A stretch of 64,000 nt of DNA, taken from the IMG/VR virus record IMGVR_UViG_2061766007_000524; one strand, written 5' to 3'. Shown here in pieces: positions 1 through 8,656 of the stretch. The position numbers were made by a program, and so were the translations under genes. The notes beneath the pieces were generated by a model. The model made no database searches, was not told the DNA's origin, and was given only the letters and a program-made list of their open reading frames with translations. Each line of letters begins with the position of its first letter. The stretch's first letter is position 1. This DNA comes from an uncultured virus (IMG/VR IMGVR_UViG_2061766007_000524). Its lineage: Duplodnaviria; Heunggongvirae; Uroviricota; Caudoviricetes.

Positions 1-573
1 GCGTTTAGTTGGCTGAATGAAAGTTTTTATTTTAAAACTCTAATTTCGTTTTGTGAAATCAGTTTTGTTTTATAAATTGCATTTTGATTTTTTAAATCAT
101 TTTGTTATTGCGTTTACTATTGTTAGTTACTTTTTATTTCTGTTAGCTGATTTATAAAATAGTTCTGCTTTATGANNNNNNNNNNNNNNNNNNNNNNNNN
201 NNNNNNNNNNNNNNNNNNNNNNNNNNNNNNNNNNNNNNNNNNGAATAAAAAATAGATTTTTTATAACTTTTAAGTAACTTTTAAAATGAGGATAAATAAA
301 AAATCTATTTTTTACTACTTTTTTACGTTAAAATATGGCAAATATACAGTGAAATAGACTGTTTTATATCAAATATACATGATTACAGGCAAAAAGTCGA
401 GTTTTAGTGAATATTGCGCTCTGCGGGCATTTTAGGCATATAGGTATATAAATATATATCCGAAGCCTAAAACGCAATACAGCGCAATTTCAGAAGCGAT
501 CGTTATGTTTTTGTCAATCTCTCATTTTTGGCTATTTGAACACGAAAAAACAGGGAAAACGATTTCAGATTTT

Positions 574-804
574 TTAATTGCTTTCATTTTCCGGATTTTC
601 TGCACGATTCTCTTTTTCGCTTTGGTTGTCAATTTCCATCTGTTTTTTTATAGCCGTAATAATATATCCGTTTACCGTTTTGTTTTGCTTCTTTATATGG
701 TTTACAATTTCATCTTTTAATTGTTTAGGTAACTGCAAATTTATTTGAGCGTATGTTTTCGCTTTATATTTTGCAATTGCTTTTTTTTGTGCATCTGTTA
801 GCAT
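574..804 (-). CDS. Ribbon-helix-helix (Arc/antitoxin-like) DNA-binding protein
   Basis: TDAQKKAIAKY..KTY.QINLQLPK.LKDEI...TVNGYI..AI pattern typical of small RHH proteins in Clostridia mobile elements. Confidence 0.65.
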   Translation of the reverse strand: MLTDAQKKAIAKYKAKTYAQINLQLPKQLKDEIVNHIKKQNKTVNGYIITAIKKQMEIDNQSEKENRAENPENESN

Positions 805-1014
805 TTTTTCTCTTCTCTTTCATTATTATATAAATCTATTTTTTTATTATAACATTTCTGTTTTAACAATAAAATTGTATAATGTGCACAAAAAAGTATA
901 TTATTATAAATATATTNNNNNNNNNNNNNNNNNNNNNNNNNNNNATATTACTAATAATATATAATGTTACCATCAAAAAGCCCTTAGGCAAGGGAAAAAG
1001 AAAGGAGCCAAAAA

Positions 1015-1230
1015 ATGAGTATTCAAATTTTTGATAAGTCAACATATCAATGTTCGATTTATCGGCCGATTTACAATTTTTATAGGAATACAATTTACAC
1101 TTGCGTGTATTTTGATTCTGAAGGAAATATTAATAGGCTTGATGAATGGTTTACAAGAGAAGAAGTTGCCGATGCAATCAGAATAGGAAGAGATTGGAGT
1201 GATTGCGATATTATATATAGAAAGGATTAA
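1015..1230 (+). CDS. Hypothetical protein, 71 aa
   Basis: ORF with strong RBS (AAGGAG) upstream. Confidence 0.7.
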   Translation: MSIQIFDKSTYQCSIYRPIYNFYRNTIYTCVYFDSEGNINRLDEWFTREEVADAIRIGRDWSDCDIIYRKD

Positions 1231-1233
1231 AAA

Positions 1234-1602
1234 ATGAAAAACAACTTTGAACTGCTAAATAAGTATTATTCACTTCCGGAAAAAATAGCCGTTTACATTC
1301 CATCAACTATTGATGTCAATGTAAAATGTGATACTACAAAATATAAAGAACACTTTACAACTTTATTTTCAAAGCTTTTCGGCGGATGTAGTGCAATGCC
1401 TATAAATGGATTTTGGATTAGCGATAAAACAGGATTAGTAAAAGAAAACATTTTTTATATCTACGCTAATAGTGACCATGAAACAATAAACAATTCACTT
1501 GAAAACGTTCTAAACGATGTGAAAAAAATGTGTTCTGAATTGAAACAAGACTGTATATCACTTGAAATTAACGGCGTTTTGCATTTTATAACGGCTGATT
1601 AA
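1234..1602 (+). CDS. Conserved phage protein, possible ferredoxin/PII-like fold (DUF3574-like)
   Basis: VYIPST...FGG.S....GFW....G.LVKE...LKQDCI.LE motif; RBS AAAGGA. Confidence 0.5.
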   Translation: MKNNFELLNKYYSLPEKIAVYIPSTIDVNVKCDTTKYKEHFTTLFSKLFGGCSAMPINGFWISDKTGLVKENIFYIYANSDHETINNSLENVLNDVKKMCSELKQDCISLEINGVLHFITAD

Positions 1603-1700
1603 AAAGTTTATACTATGACGGTAAAAAGAGATTTTTACCGTTATAAATAAGCTTTTTAAAGGCTTTAAAAATACTTTTATTATAAAGGGAGAAAAATACC

Positions 1701-2534
1701 ATGAAAAACGAAAAAAACAGTGTTCTTTTCAAAGCTTGCCACGCATTAACAAGAGAATCGATTATTGGCACTAATTACAATTACAATGTTACTTTTTCCG
1801 CTTGTCTTCGGTTGTACCATAGCAATAAATCCGGATTTTTTGCTTCTCTTTCTGCTTTTAAAGTTCTTTCCCGTCAGATTATTTCTTTATTAGATTCCAA
1901 TGATTTTGATTTTTTCACAGCTTGCGCTTGCAATGACGAAAATAAAATTGATTCCCTGTTAACGTTCGCCGTCAATTTTGGCCTAAAAAAGCGGGAATCA
2001 TACGCAAGTAAAAAAGATTTGGAAAACATGCAAGTAAACGATAGCGCAACTTTAGATAATTCCGCTCCTAATCTTGTTAGCGATATGAGAAAACAGGATT
2101 TTCACGATTTAAAAAATGATGTAGCTGTTTATCTTCTCTCACGTTCTGAAAATGAAAAATTCAGAAGTATTCCCTTTGTTTTTCAATTGATAAGAGCCGG
2201 AGATTGTACAGTCACGGCGAAATACGGCAAAATCTGCCGTGAAACTAAAGCTTTCGGCTCTGTCGCAAGTTTGGAAGAATTGCGAGAAAACGGCATAGAG
2301 TATTCAACATCAGATGAATATAGCAAGCTTTCCGCTTTTGATATCGCTAATCGAATTATTGCAAAGTTGCCGAAATGCCATAGAGAGACGGGCAAGAAAA
2401 TAATTGAATTGCGTTATACAAAAAAGTCAATGCTAATTGACGATATAGCGCAGGAATTGGATATATCCGTCCGGACTGTGAAATCTATCATTGCGGAAAT
2501 TAAAGCAATTGACATTCACGAAATAACTGAATGA
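1701..2534 (+). CDS. Putative phage sigma factor / sigma-70 region-4 HTH transcription factor
   Basis: C-terminal KLPKCHRETGKKIIELRY...IDDIAQELDISVRTVKSII is a region-4 HTH; lies directly upstream of the first copy of the repeated promoter motif. Confidence 0.6.
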   Translation: MKNEKNSVLFKACHALTRESIIGTNYNYNVTFSACLRLYHSNKSGFFASLSAFKVLSRQIISLLDSNDFDFFTACACNDENKIDSLLTFAVNFGLKKRESYASKKDLENMQVNDSATLDNSAPNLVSDMRKQDFHDLKNDVAVYLLSRSENEKFRSIPFVFQLIRAGDCTVTAKYGKICRETKAFGSVASLEELRENGIEYSTSDEYSKLSAFDIANRIIAKLPKCHRETGKKIIELRYTKKSMLIDDIAQELDISVRTVKSIIAEIKAIDIHEITE

Positions 2535-2536
2535 TG

Positions 2537-2560
2537 AATAGCGGGAATTTTCCCGCTATT
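2537..2560 (+). terminator. Hairpin after sigma-like gene
   Basis: AATAGCGGGAA-TT-TTCCCGCTATT perfect inverted repeat. Confidence 0.7.
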
Positions 2561-2570
2561 CTAAAAATTA

Positions 2571-2602
2571 TTTGCACTTTTTAGCTTTACGGTATTCTCT
2601 TA
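2571..2602 (+). promoter_or_regulatory. Phage-specific promoter motif copy 1
   Basis: TTGCAC(2572)-16 nt-ATTCTCTTA. Confidence 0.8.
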
Positions 2603-2662
2603 TTTATGCAAGCGAAAAAAGGGCTTGCAAAACTCAAAATCAAAACAGGGGGATAAACAGAA

Positions 2663-2884
2663 ATGAAAAACGCAAGCGCAATTCTTCAGAACGTGATAAA
2701 GTCACTTCCGGAAGATATGCAAGGAATTGCAAGGGATGTTTTGACCGTTCGATTCTTAGGGCAAAATTCAGCCAATGAAACGGCTGAAATCTTAGGCGTA
2801 AATTATGAAACGGTTGTGAACGTCTTGAAAACAGTACGCAAAATCACCAAGGGCAAAAATCCGGCTGATTTTGCGACAGCGTGA
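2663..2884 (+). CDS. Stand-alone sigma region-4-like HTH protein, 73 aa
   Basis: IKSLPEDMQGIARDVLTVRFLGQNSANETAEILGVNYETVVNVL; resembles the C-terminus of 1701..2534. Confidence 0.6.
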   Translation: MKNASAILQNVIKSLPEDMQGIARDVLTVRFLGQNSANETAEILGVNYETVVNVLKTVRKITKGKNPADFATA

Positions 2885-2899
2885 AAATCTGTAGAGCAT

Positions 2900-2930
2900 G
2901 GCGGGAATCATCTCCCGCCTTTATTTTTTT
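2900..2930 (+). terminator. Rho-independent terminator
   Basis: GGCGGGA-ATCATC-TCCCGCC followed by T tract. Confidence 0.8.
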
Positions 2931-2964
2931 GTGTGCTGAAAAATTGTAGAACGTGAAAAACTTT

Positions 2965-2996
2965 TTTGCACTTTTCCCGTCCGTGATATTCTCTTA
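2965..2996 (+). promoter_or_regulatory. Phage-specific promoter motif copy 2
   Basis: TTGCAC(2966)-16 nt-ATTCTCTTA. Confidence 0.8.
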
Positions 2997-3052
2997 TATA
3001 CGGGAACGAAAAAGCGAAAATCTGCAAAACACAAAATGAAAGAGAGGATAAA

Positions 3053-3385
3053 ATGAAAATACATCTTTTTTACCGTTATATGGGCGTTCTGAAAACGTTT
3101 CTGGAAATTGATGAAGAAATAACCGTCCGTGATGAAAAGACGTTTACAGACGTTCTACGGCTTTTCAGAGAGCCGTACAAGTACGAAAGCAGGATTGATA
3201 TTGAAGATGGAAACGGTGCTTGTTATTTCATCAGAAGAAATTCTGAAGATGTACAGAACGGTGTTTTTGACGTGACGTTTTCTCCTGCTTGGAATATTCA
3301 CAATATGCCTGTGAAAATGACCGGAAAAGCACTTAAAAAGAAATTGACGGAAGAATTGAAAGCACAATTAAAGGCGGTCGAATGA
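3053..3385 (+). CDS. Hypothetical early protein
   Basis: ORF with RBS GAGAGGA, bracketed by promoter motif and terminator. Confidence 0.8.
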   Translation: MKIHLFYRYMGVLKTFLEIDEEITVRDEKTFTDVLRLFREPYKYESRIDIEDGNGACYFIRRNSEDVQNGVFDVTFSPAWNIHNMPVKMTGKALKKKLTEELKAQLKAVE

Positions 3386-3397
3386 CCGCCTTTTTTT
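3371..3397 (+). terminator. Rho-independent terminator overlapping stop codon
   Basis: AAGGCGGTC-GAAT-GACCGCCTT plus T tract. Confidence 0.85.
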
Positions 3398-3450
3398 ATT
3401 AGTGTACCCCGAAACTGTACAAAATGTTTTCAAAAATATTTTGAAAGTTT

Positions 3451-3482
3451 TTTGCACTTTTTCGTGATTACATATTCTCTTA
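3451..3482 (+). promoter_or_regulatory. Phage-specific promoter motif copy 3
   Basis: TTGCAC(3452)-16 nt-ATTCTCTTA. Confidence 0.8.
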
Positions 3483-3547
3483 TTTATGGCGGGAATGATA
3501 AGTCATTCCGGTACAAAATCTACACAATATGAAAGGAATTATTTACC

Positions 3548-3838
3548 ATGACGAAACTTGAAAAGAATGCACTTGCCAACTATGCAAGATATCAGAGAAG
3601 CGTAATGGATAGTATTTACAGTGCCTATCAGAATACGTCTGAAGCAAAAAGAGAAGTGTGGGAAAATTGCAAACGTCTATGCTATAAACAACATGGGAAA
3701 AATCTGAAAGTCATTTCAAAAAACTGTCAATTTTTCTCGGCGGGATTTGAGTTTACCGATGCCGTGACGGGAATGAAAAAATTCATGCACATCACACCGT
3801 CACATAATACGGCGGTCGAGATCGAACAGGCGGGGTAA
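3548..3838 (+). CDS. Hypothetical early protein
   Basis: ORF with RBS GAAAGGA; ends in terminator GGCGGG-GTAAAA-CCCGCC-TTTTTT (3829-3852). Confidence 0.8.
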   Translation: MTKLEKNALANYARYQRSVMDSIYSAYQNTSEAKREVWENCKRLCYKQHGKNLKVISKNCQFFSAGFEFTDAVTGMKKFMHITPSHNTAVEIEQAG

Positions 3839-3894
3839 AACCCGCCTTTTTTTATTGGCNNNNNNNNNNNNNNNNNNNNNNNNNNNAACGCAAA

Positions 3895-4152
3895 ATGAAA
3901 ACGCTATATACTTATAGTTCTGTTATTGAGTTTATCAATAACACGCTGATTCCTGCGGGGTATGAAATCGTAATAAAAGAGGGGGTTTTGGTAGACAGCT
4001 TTTTTTGTATCGCACCGGATGAAAAACACTACAATTTCATTTTTCGTGAGACGTACATAAACGAATGGAGTTCCGGATTATCACAGCGGAAATGCCAAAA
4101 GTTGAGCAAGGCAGTTCAAAAAGAGATTGAAGAAATTTTGTCTGGTGAATAA
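3895..4152 (+). CDS. Hypothetical early protein
   Basis: ORF; upstream region lost in an N gap. Confidence 0.7.
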   Translation: MKTLYTYSSVIEFINNTLIPAGYEIVIKEGVLVDSFFCIAPDEKHYNFIFRETYINEWSSGLSQRKCQKLSKAVQKEIEEILSGE

Positions 4153-4156
4153 AAAA

Positions 4157-4188
4157 TTTGCACCTTTTGATGTTTCGACATTCCGTTA
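4157..4188 (+). promoter_or_regulatory. Phage-specific promoter motif copy 4
   Basis: TTGCAC(4158)-16 nt-ATTCCGTTA. Confidence 0.75.
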
Positions 4189-4239
4189 TTATTGACCGGA
4201 AAAGTCCGGTACAAAATCTGTAGAAAAGGGGTAAAAATC

Positions 4240-4521
4240 ATGGCTCTGACGAATGCGGAAATCATTGCGGGGGAAATGCTCATGCGGGGATTGAAAGAGG
4301 AAATCCACACATATGAGAAATGGAAATCAATGGGTTTTTCGGTGAAGAAGGGAGAAAAAAGCGAAATCAAATTTCCGATATGGAAATACGGCAAGCCGAA
4401 AATCGAAACAAAAGAGGACGGAACGGAAGTGAAAAAAGGCGGTTATTGCTTCATGAAAATGAGTGCCTTTTTCAAAGCTTCGCAAGTTGAACCGCTGAAA
4501 GCAAAGGCAGTAGGGGCATAA
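4240..4521 (+). CDS. ArdC-like N-terminal ssDNA-binding domain protein (possible antirestriction)
   Basis: HTYEKWKSMGFSVKKGEKS...IW...FFKASQVE matches the ArdC-N TY.QW...G..VKKGEK / F..SQ motifs; ATG 4240 with RBS AAGGGG. Confidence 0.65.
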   Translation: MALTNAEIIAGEMLMRGLKEEIHTYEKWKSMGFSVKKGEKSEIKFPIWKYGKPKIETKEDGTEVKKGGYCFMKMSAFFKASQVEPLKAKAVGA

Positions 4522-4575
4522 TCCCCTACTGCTAAAAATCTACAAAACATAATCAAAAAAGGAGAGCAAAACAAA

Positions 4576-5087
4576 ATGGAAAACATTAAACACATTGCGA
4601 TTTATGATTATCCGGATGAAATCTGCAACGAATACGCACCGGAAAGAGTTGAAAAGCTTTCAGACGATGAAAAGGAATGGCTTGAGCATTTCGTCGATTT
4701 TGAAGGCTACAAGTTCGCTGTCATTAACGGCGAAACGGTTGTAAGCTATGATGCCGGATGTGGTGATGTGTTTTCGGTTGATGATATGGACGTGTTCATC
4801 TGCAAAACGATTGACATGGTAAAAGAGCTTACCGAAGAAGATGAATAATCGGAAGAACTGCAAAGTATGAAAGGGGTACTGCAATGAATTACTTGACTAT
4901 GTATAGTGATATCGAGGAAAGAGTTGAACAGGAACTTGACAAAATCATTTATGAGTTCATGGAAATGGAAGGAATCAAAACGGGTGACGTTCCACCGGAA
5001 TGGAGCGTGAGAGCTGATAAGGTTGTTAACGAAATAACAGATTTGATTTATGAAGCTCTGGAATATAATAGAAAGGCAGTAGGGTAA
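4576..5087 (+). CDS. Two small acidic hypothetical proteins (4576..4848, 4884..5087)
   Basis: ORFs with RBS; the second ends in terminator AAGGCAGTAGG-GTAAAA-CCTATTGCCTT-TTTTT (5073-5105). Confidence 0.75.
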
Positions 5088-5123
5088 AACCTATTGCCTT
5101 TTTTTATTTTAGGGGGAAACATA

Positions 5124-5155
5124 TTTGCACTTTTTTGATGTATGGCATTCCTTTA
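5124..5155 (+). promoter_or_regulatory. Phage-specific promoter motif copy 5
   Basis: TTGCAC(5125)-16 nt-ATTCCTTTA. Confidence 0.8.
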
Positions 5156-5204
5156 TTAGTGCAAGGAGAAAACCACACAAAACGATTTGAAAGGGGTACA
5201 GAGA

Positions 5205-6305
5205 ATGAGCTTTGAAGAATTTGAAAAGGCGATACTCGAAAAGGGCGGGAGCTTTGAAGATGTAGGACGGCTGAACAAGGAAGGGTACTATTCAGCGGTC
5301 GATTGTTTCGGTGAAACATGGGAACCCGAATTTGAAGAATATCTCTTTATTGCTGAATCAGATTATCAAGATGCGTTGTATGGATGCGGTCGGTTTTTCG
5401 TTTTGGAAAATTTGGGAGAGCTGTTCTTTCTTTCAGAGGGGGTGAAGTGATGGTTGCATGGTGCGGTATGTGGGCGGTCATTGGTGCTGTCATGTTGATT
5501 GTCGGATTTATCGGTGGCGAGGTAACGGGGCGTTAATACGCCCCGAATCTGTACAATCTGAACGATAATGAGAGGTAAAAACAATGTGGGATAAAGATTA
5601 TAGCTTTGGTTCGCCTAATGTTGTGAGTATCAGTTCCGTATGTGATGAAGAACTTGCAAGAGTTATCCGGAGAAGTGACTATATCCGGTCGGAAACGCTG
5701 AAAAGATTGTGCGCTATGCCGTCTTATAAATGCAAGTCATTGAAATGGAAGAATCGGTATTACGATTATTTCAAGCGGAAAGTTGAAGCGGAGCTTGCAC
5801 AATGAAAAGAGAAAGAGTTGCAGAGTTCATCAAGAATTATCTTGAACGTTTCGACAATACCGGATATTCGTATGATAGACTTATGCGGATTACCGTCTTG
5901 CTTGATAGCATAGCGGAGCGGTACGGAATCGAAAACGTTTTAGCAATGCACAATTACTACGGGTAAAAACCTGTACAACGTGACGAAAGTGTGGTACAAT
6001 ATCAATCTATCTTGAATTGAAGGGAGCATGAAATGAAGATAACTGACGGGAACAGAACTGTAGAAATTGAAATGGTTGTGTGGGATGAATCGTCTGCAAG
6101 CTTTTCACCGGACTGGTCGGCTGATTGTTTCAATGCGGGTACACTTCCCTATGATGAAGAAACAGATACATACACGGTTGGAAATGTTCAAGATTGCATT
6201 GACTATGCTATAGATTGGCGGGACTATATAGGGGATTTCAGAGACGATTATCCGAACGAAAACAGCAAAAGATTTGTACTTGTCGATAGAACAGGACTTT
6301 TTTAG
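5205..6305 (+). CDS. Cluster of small hypothetical proteins (5205..5450, 5584..5805, 6033..6305 and shorter ORFs between)
   Basis: ORF track plus RBS motifs. Confidence 0.7.
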
Positions 6306-6317
6306 TCCGGTTATTTT

Positions 6318-6349
6318 TTTGCACTTTTTTAGTATTAGATATTCCTTTA
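6318..6349 (+). promoter_or_regulatory. Phage-specific promoter motif copy 6
   Basis: TTGCAC(6319)-16 nt-ATTCCTTTA. Confidence 0.8.
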
Positions 6350-6397
6350 TTAGTGGCGGGAGTTGACCGCTGAAAATCTACAAAAGGGGAATGAATT

Positions 6398-6751
6398 ATG
6401 AGAGCGTTACCGATTGATGTTTACAGACATGGCAAGAATGATTACACAAACGGTGGAATCTCTTCACGCTTTACAGAGTTGCTTTTGCTTTGTGACAGGG
6501 GATTTATCAATGTTGATGAAGAAAACCCTCCAGAGAACGCTGTGAAGCTTGTGAAGCGGAATCTGTTTGGCAGAGATGTTTACCACATTGAGCCGTTGAA
6601 AAAGCCAGAGGGTGCAGGATGGATGATGGGTGGAAACTACGGTGCAACTTCCGACAGCAGATTCTCTGAAATGCTCGGCGGGATGTATGGCGCTGTGGCA
6701 ATTCACGACAGGCAGGAATCATGGAGCGATTACGAAATGTATTCAAGATAA
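6398..6751 (+). CDS. Conserved phage hypothetical protein
   Basis: D.TNGGISSRF...MMGGNY..TSDSRF......AVAIHDR.E motif-rich ORF. Confidence 0.75.
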   Translation: MRALPIDVYRHGKNDYTNGGISSRFTELLLLCDRGFINVDEENPPENAVKLVKRNLFGRDVYHIEPLKKPEGAGWMMGGNYGATSDSRFSEMLGGMYGAVAIHDRQESWSDYEMYSR

Positions 6752-6918
6752 AAGGAGCGAACATGGCAATAACATACAGGGATGAAATTGGAATTGTTCA
6801 AGTGAAAGTGGATGAATACGGCATTGGATTTTGTGACGGTAAAGCATACTTTACTGGTGAAGATGGAACGGACTACAAAATCGAAACGGAAAATATAATT
6901 GAAATTATTCCAAAATAA

Positions 6919-6950
6919 TTTGCACTTTTTTGAATCCTAACGTTCCTTAA
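6919..6950 (+). promoter_or_regulatory. Phage-specific promoter motif copy 7
   Basis: TTGCAC(6920)-16 nt-GTTCCTTAA. Confidence 0.75.
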
Positions 6951-7008
6951 TATACGGGGCGTGACGGTTCCCCAAATTTACAAAATCTGTTAAAGGAGAT
7001 TAACGCAA

Positions 7009-7790
7009 ATGGTTATTGACATGATTCTCGACCGGAAGGAAGGTTCGAAGTATTCACCGATTGATTTTTACCGCTATGCTTTGGCAGAGAGTGATATATT
7101 CGATGTGTTTGACGGATTAACAAAAGCTATGGTTTCCTGTTCAGAAGAAGATGTAAAACGTGAGCTGAAAAAGTACATCATTGAACAGGGGTACAATCCG
7201 GAAATCTGCAACTACATTGACAGTGTATCATGGCTTGAGCCTACAGATGAAACATACGGAAGAATGATTGCTAAGATTTCAGAGTTTGAAAGAGAAAACG
7301 GATTTTTTGGAACTGTTATATGGTGTGATGATGATTTGAAAAATAGTCTTGAAAATAGGGATATTGAAAGTACACCGGAAAATGTGGAAAAGCTGAAAAA
7401 CTTTTTACTGAATAGCAACAACTCGCTAAGTGATTATCTAATAAGCATAGGATTGGATTTTATCGATGATACAATCACATGTATTTTCCCCGCTGATAAC
7501 TGAAAGGACTGTGCGAAAATAAAAGAAGGGAGTGTAAAACCATGAAGAAAATCCTATTTCAATTCGTTTTCATTCTTTTTCTGCTCGGATTATATCCTAC
7601 TGCGGGAAAGGTGGTAGAGATTGACCGGAAAGCTGATACGTTCACAATCGAAACTTTCAGCGGTCAGATGTGGATTTATGAAGGAGTGGAAGATTGGGAA
7701 GTCAATGACTACTGCGCTATGATTATGGATTCCAATGGTACAGAATCTATTTATGATGATGTGATATCCGATATTAAATATATCGGCTGA
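7009..7790 (+). CDS. Two hypothetical proteins (7009..7503; 7542..7790 with N-terminal hydrophobic/signal segment)
   Basis: ORFs with RBS AAGGAG / AAGGGAG; MKKILFQFVFILFLLG. Confidence 0.75.
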
Positions 7791-7929
7791 GAATTGTAAA
7801 GTGTGGTTAAGGCTGAGTGCTGATGCCGGAAGGGGGGACATTTAAAACCACACCATCCCAAGCCAAGGGGATGTAAAAGATACAACCGCTCGAAAATCCT
7901 CAAACATATCGGGGAGTGAGTGATATGTA

Positions 7930-7958
7930 AAGGCGTGAAGAAATTCACGCCTTTTTTT
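7930..7958 (+). terminator. Rho-independent terminator
   Basis: AAGGCGTGAA-GAAA-TTCACGCCTT plus T tract. Confidence 0.85.
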
Positions 7959-7964
7959 ATTTTA

Positions 7965-7996
7965 TTTGCACTTTTTAATGTTGTGACATTCCTTTA
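7965..7996 (+). promoter_or_regulatory. Phage-specific promoter motif copy 8
   Basis: TTGCAC(7966)-16 nt-ATTCCTTTA. Confidence 0.8.
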
Positions 7997-8046
7997 TATA
8001 CGGAGAGCTGAACGGCTCTACTTCAATTCACAAAGGAGTACAGAAC

Positions 8047-8643
8047 ATGAAAGAACAGAAGTACATTATCTGGCAGAACATTGATACCGACTATGACGGT
8101 ATGCGTGAAGATTATCAAGAGTGCAATGACCTTTCTGATGAAGAAATGGAAGAAGTAAGCGATTACACAATCAGTATGTGGGCATATGAAACAAATGACT
8201 ACTATCTCGATGATGAACGTGTGAATCTTGATATTCAGCTTGACGATGAAATTATCGTCATTGGTGAACTCGGTTTGTGGAACGGCAGAGTAAGCGGGTA
8301 CAAGATTATCAAGTCCGGAAACATCAAAGATTGTCTGTGCTGTGATGATGATTATGTAGAGTGGTACTGTGATAGGTACGATATGCGAGGAACTGGAATC
8401 CACCATGACGGGAGAAACTACTATCTCTACAGAACATGGAAGAACGGAATTACAGAACAGCAGAAAGAAAACTTCCTTGAAAGAATATATTATAAAAAAT
8501 CTGCACACAAAGATATTCTCAGATACACAAGAAGCATTCGCCCGTATATCTCCGCTGTGTACGGATGGGGCGGGAAACAGAAGAAGGTAGTCCGGAAGCA
8601 GAAAGTTGTGCTGAATAACAGCCGTGAAGTGCTGAGTGCGTGA
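8047..8643 (+). CDS. Conserved phage hypothetical protein, 198 aa
   Basis: LGLWNGR..GYK...HHDGRNYYLYR motif; RBS AAGGAG. Confidence 0.8.
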   Translation: MKEQKYIIWQNIDTDYDGMREDYQECNDLSDEEMEEVSDYTISMWAYETNDYYLDDERVNLDIQLDDEIIVIGELGLWNGRVSGYKIIKSGNIKDCLCCDDDYVEWYCDRYDMRGTGIHHDGRNYYLYRTWKNGITEQQKENFLERIYYKKSAHKDILRYTRSIRPYISAVYGWGGKQKKVVRKQKVVLNNSREVLSA

Positions 8644-8656
8644 AGGGAGCTACAAA

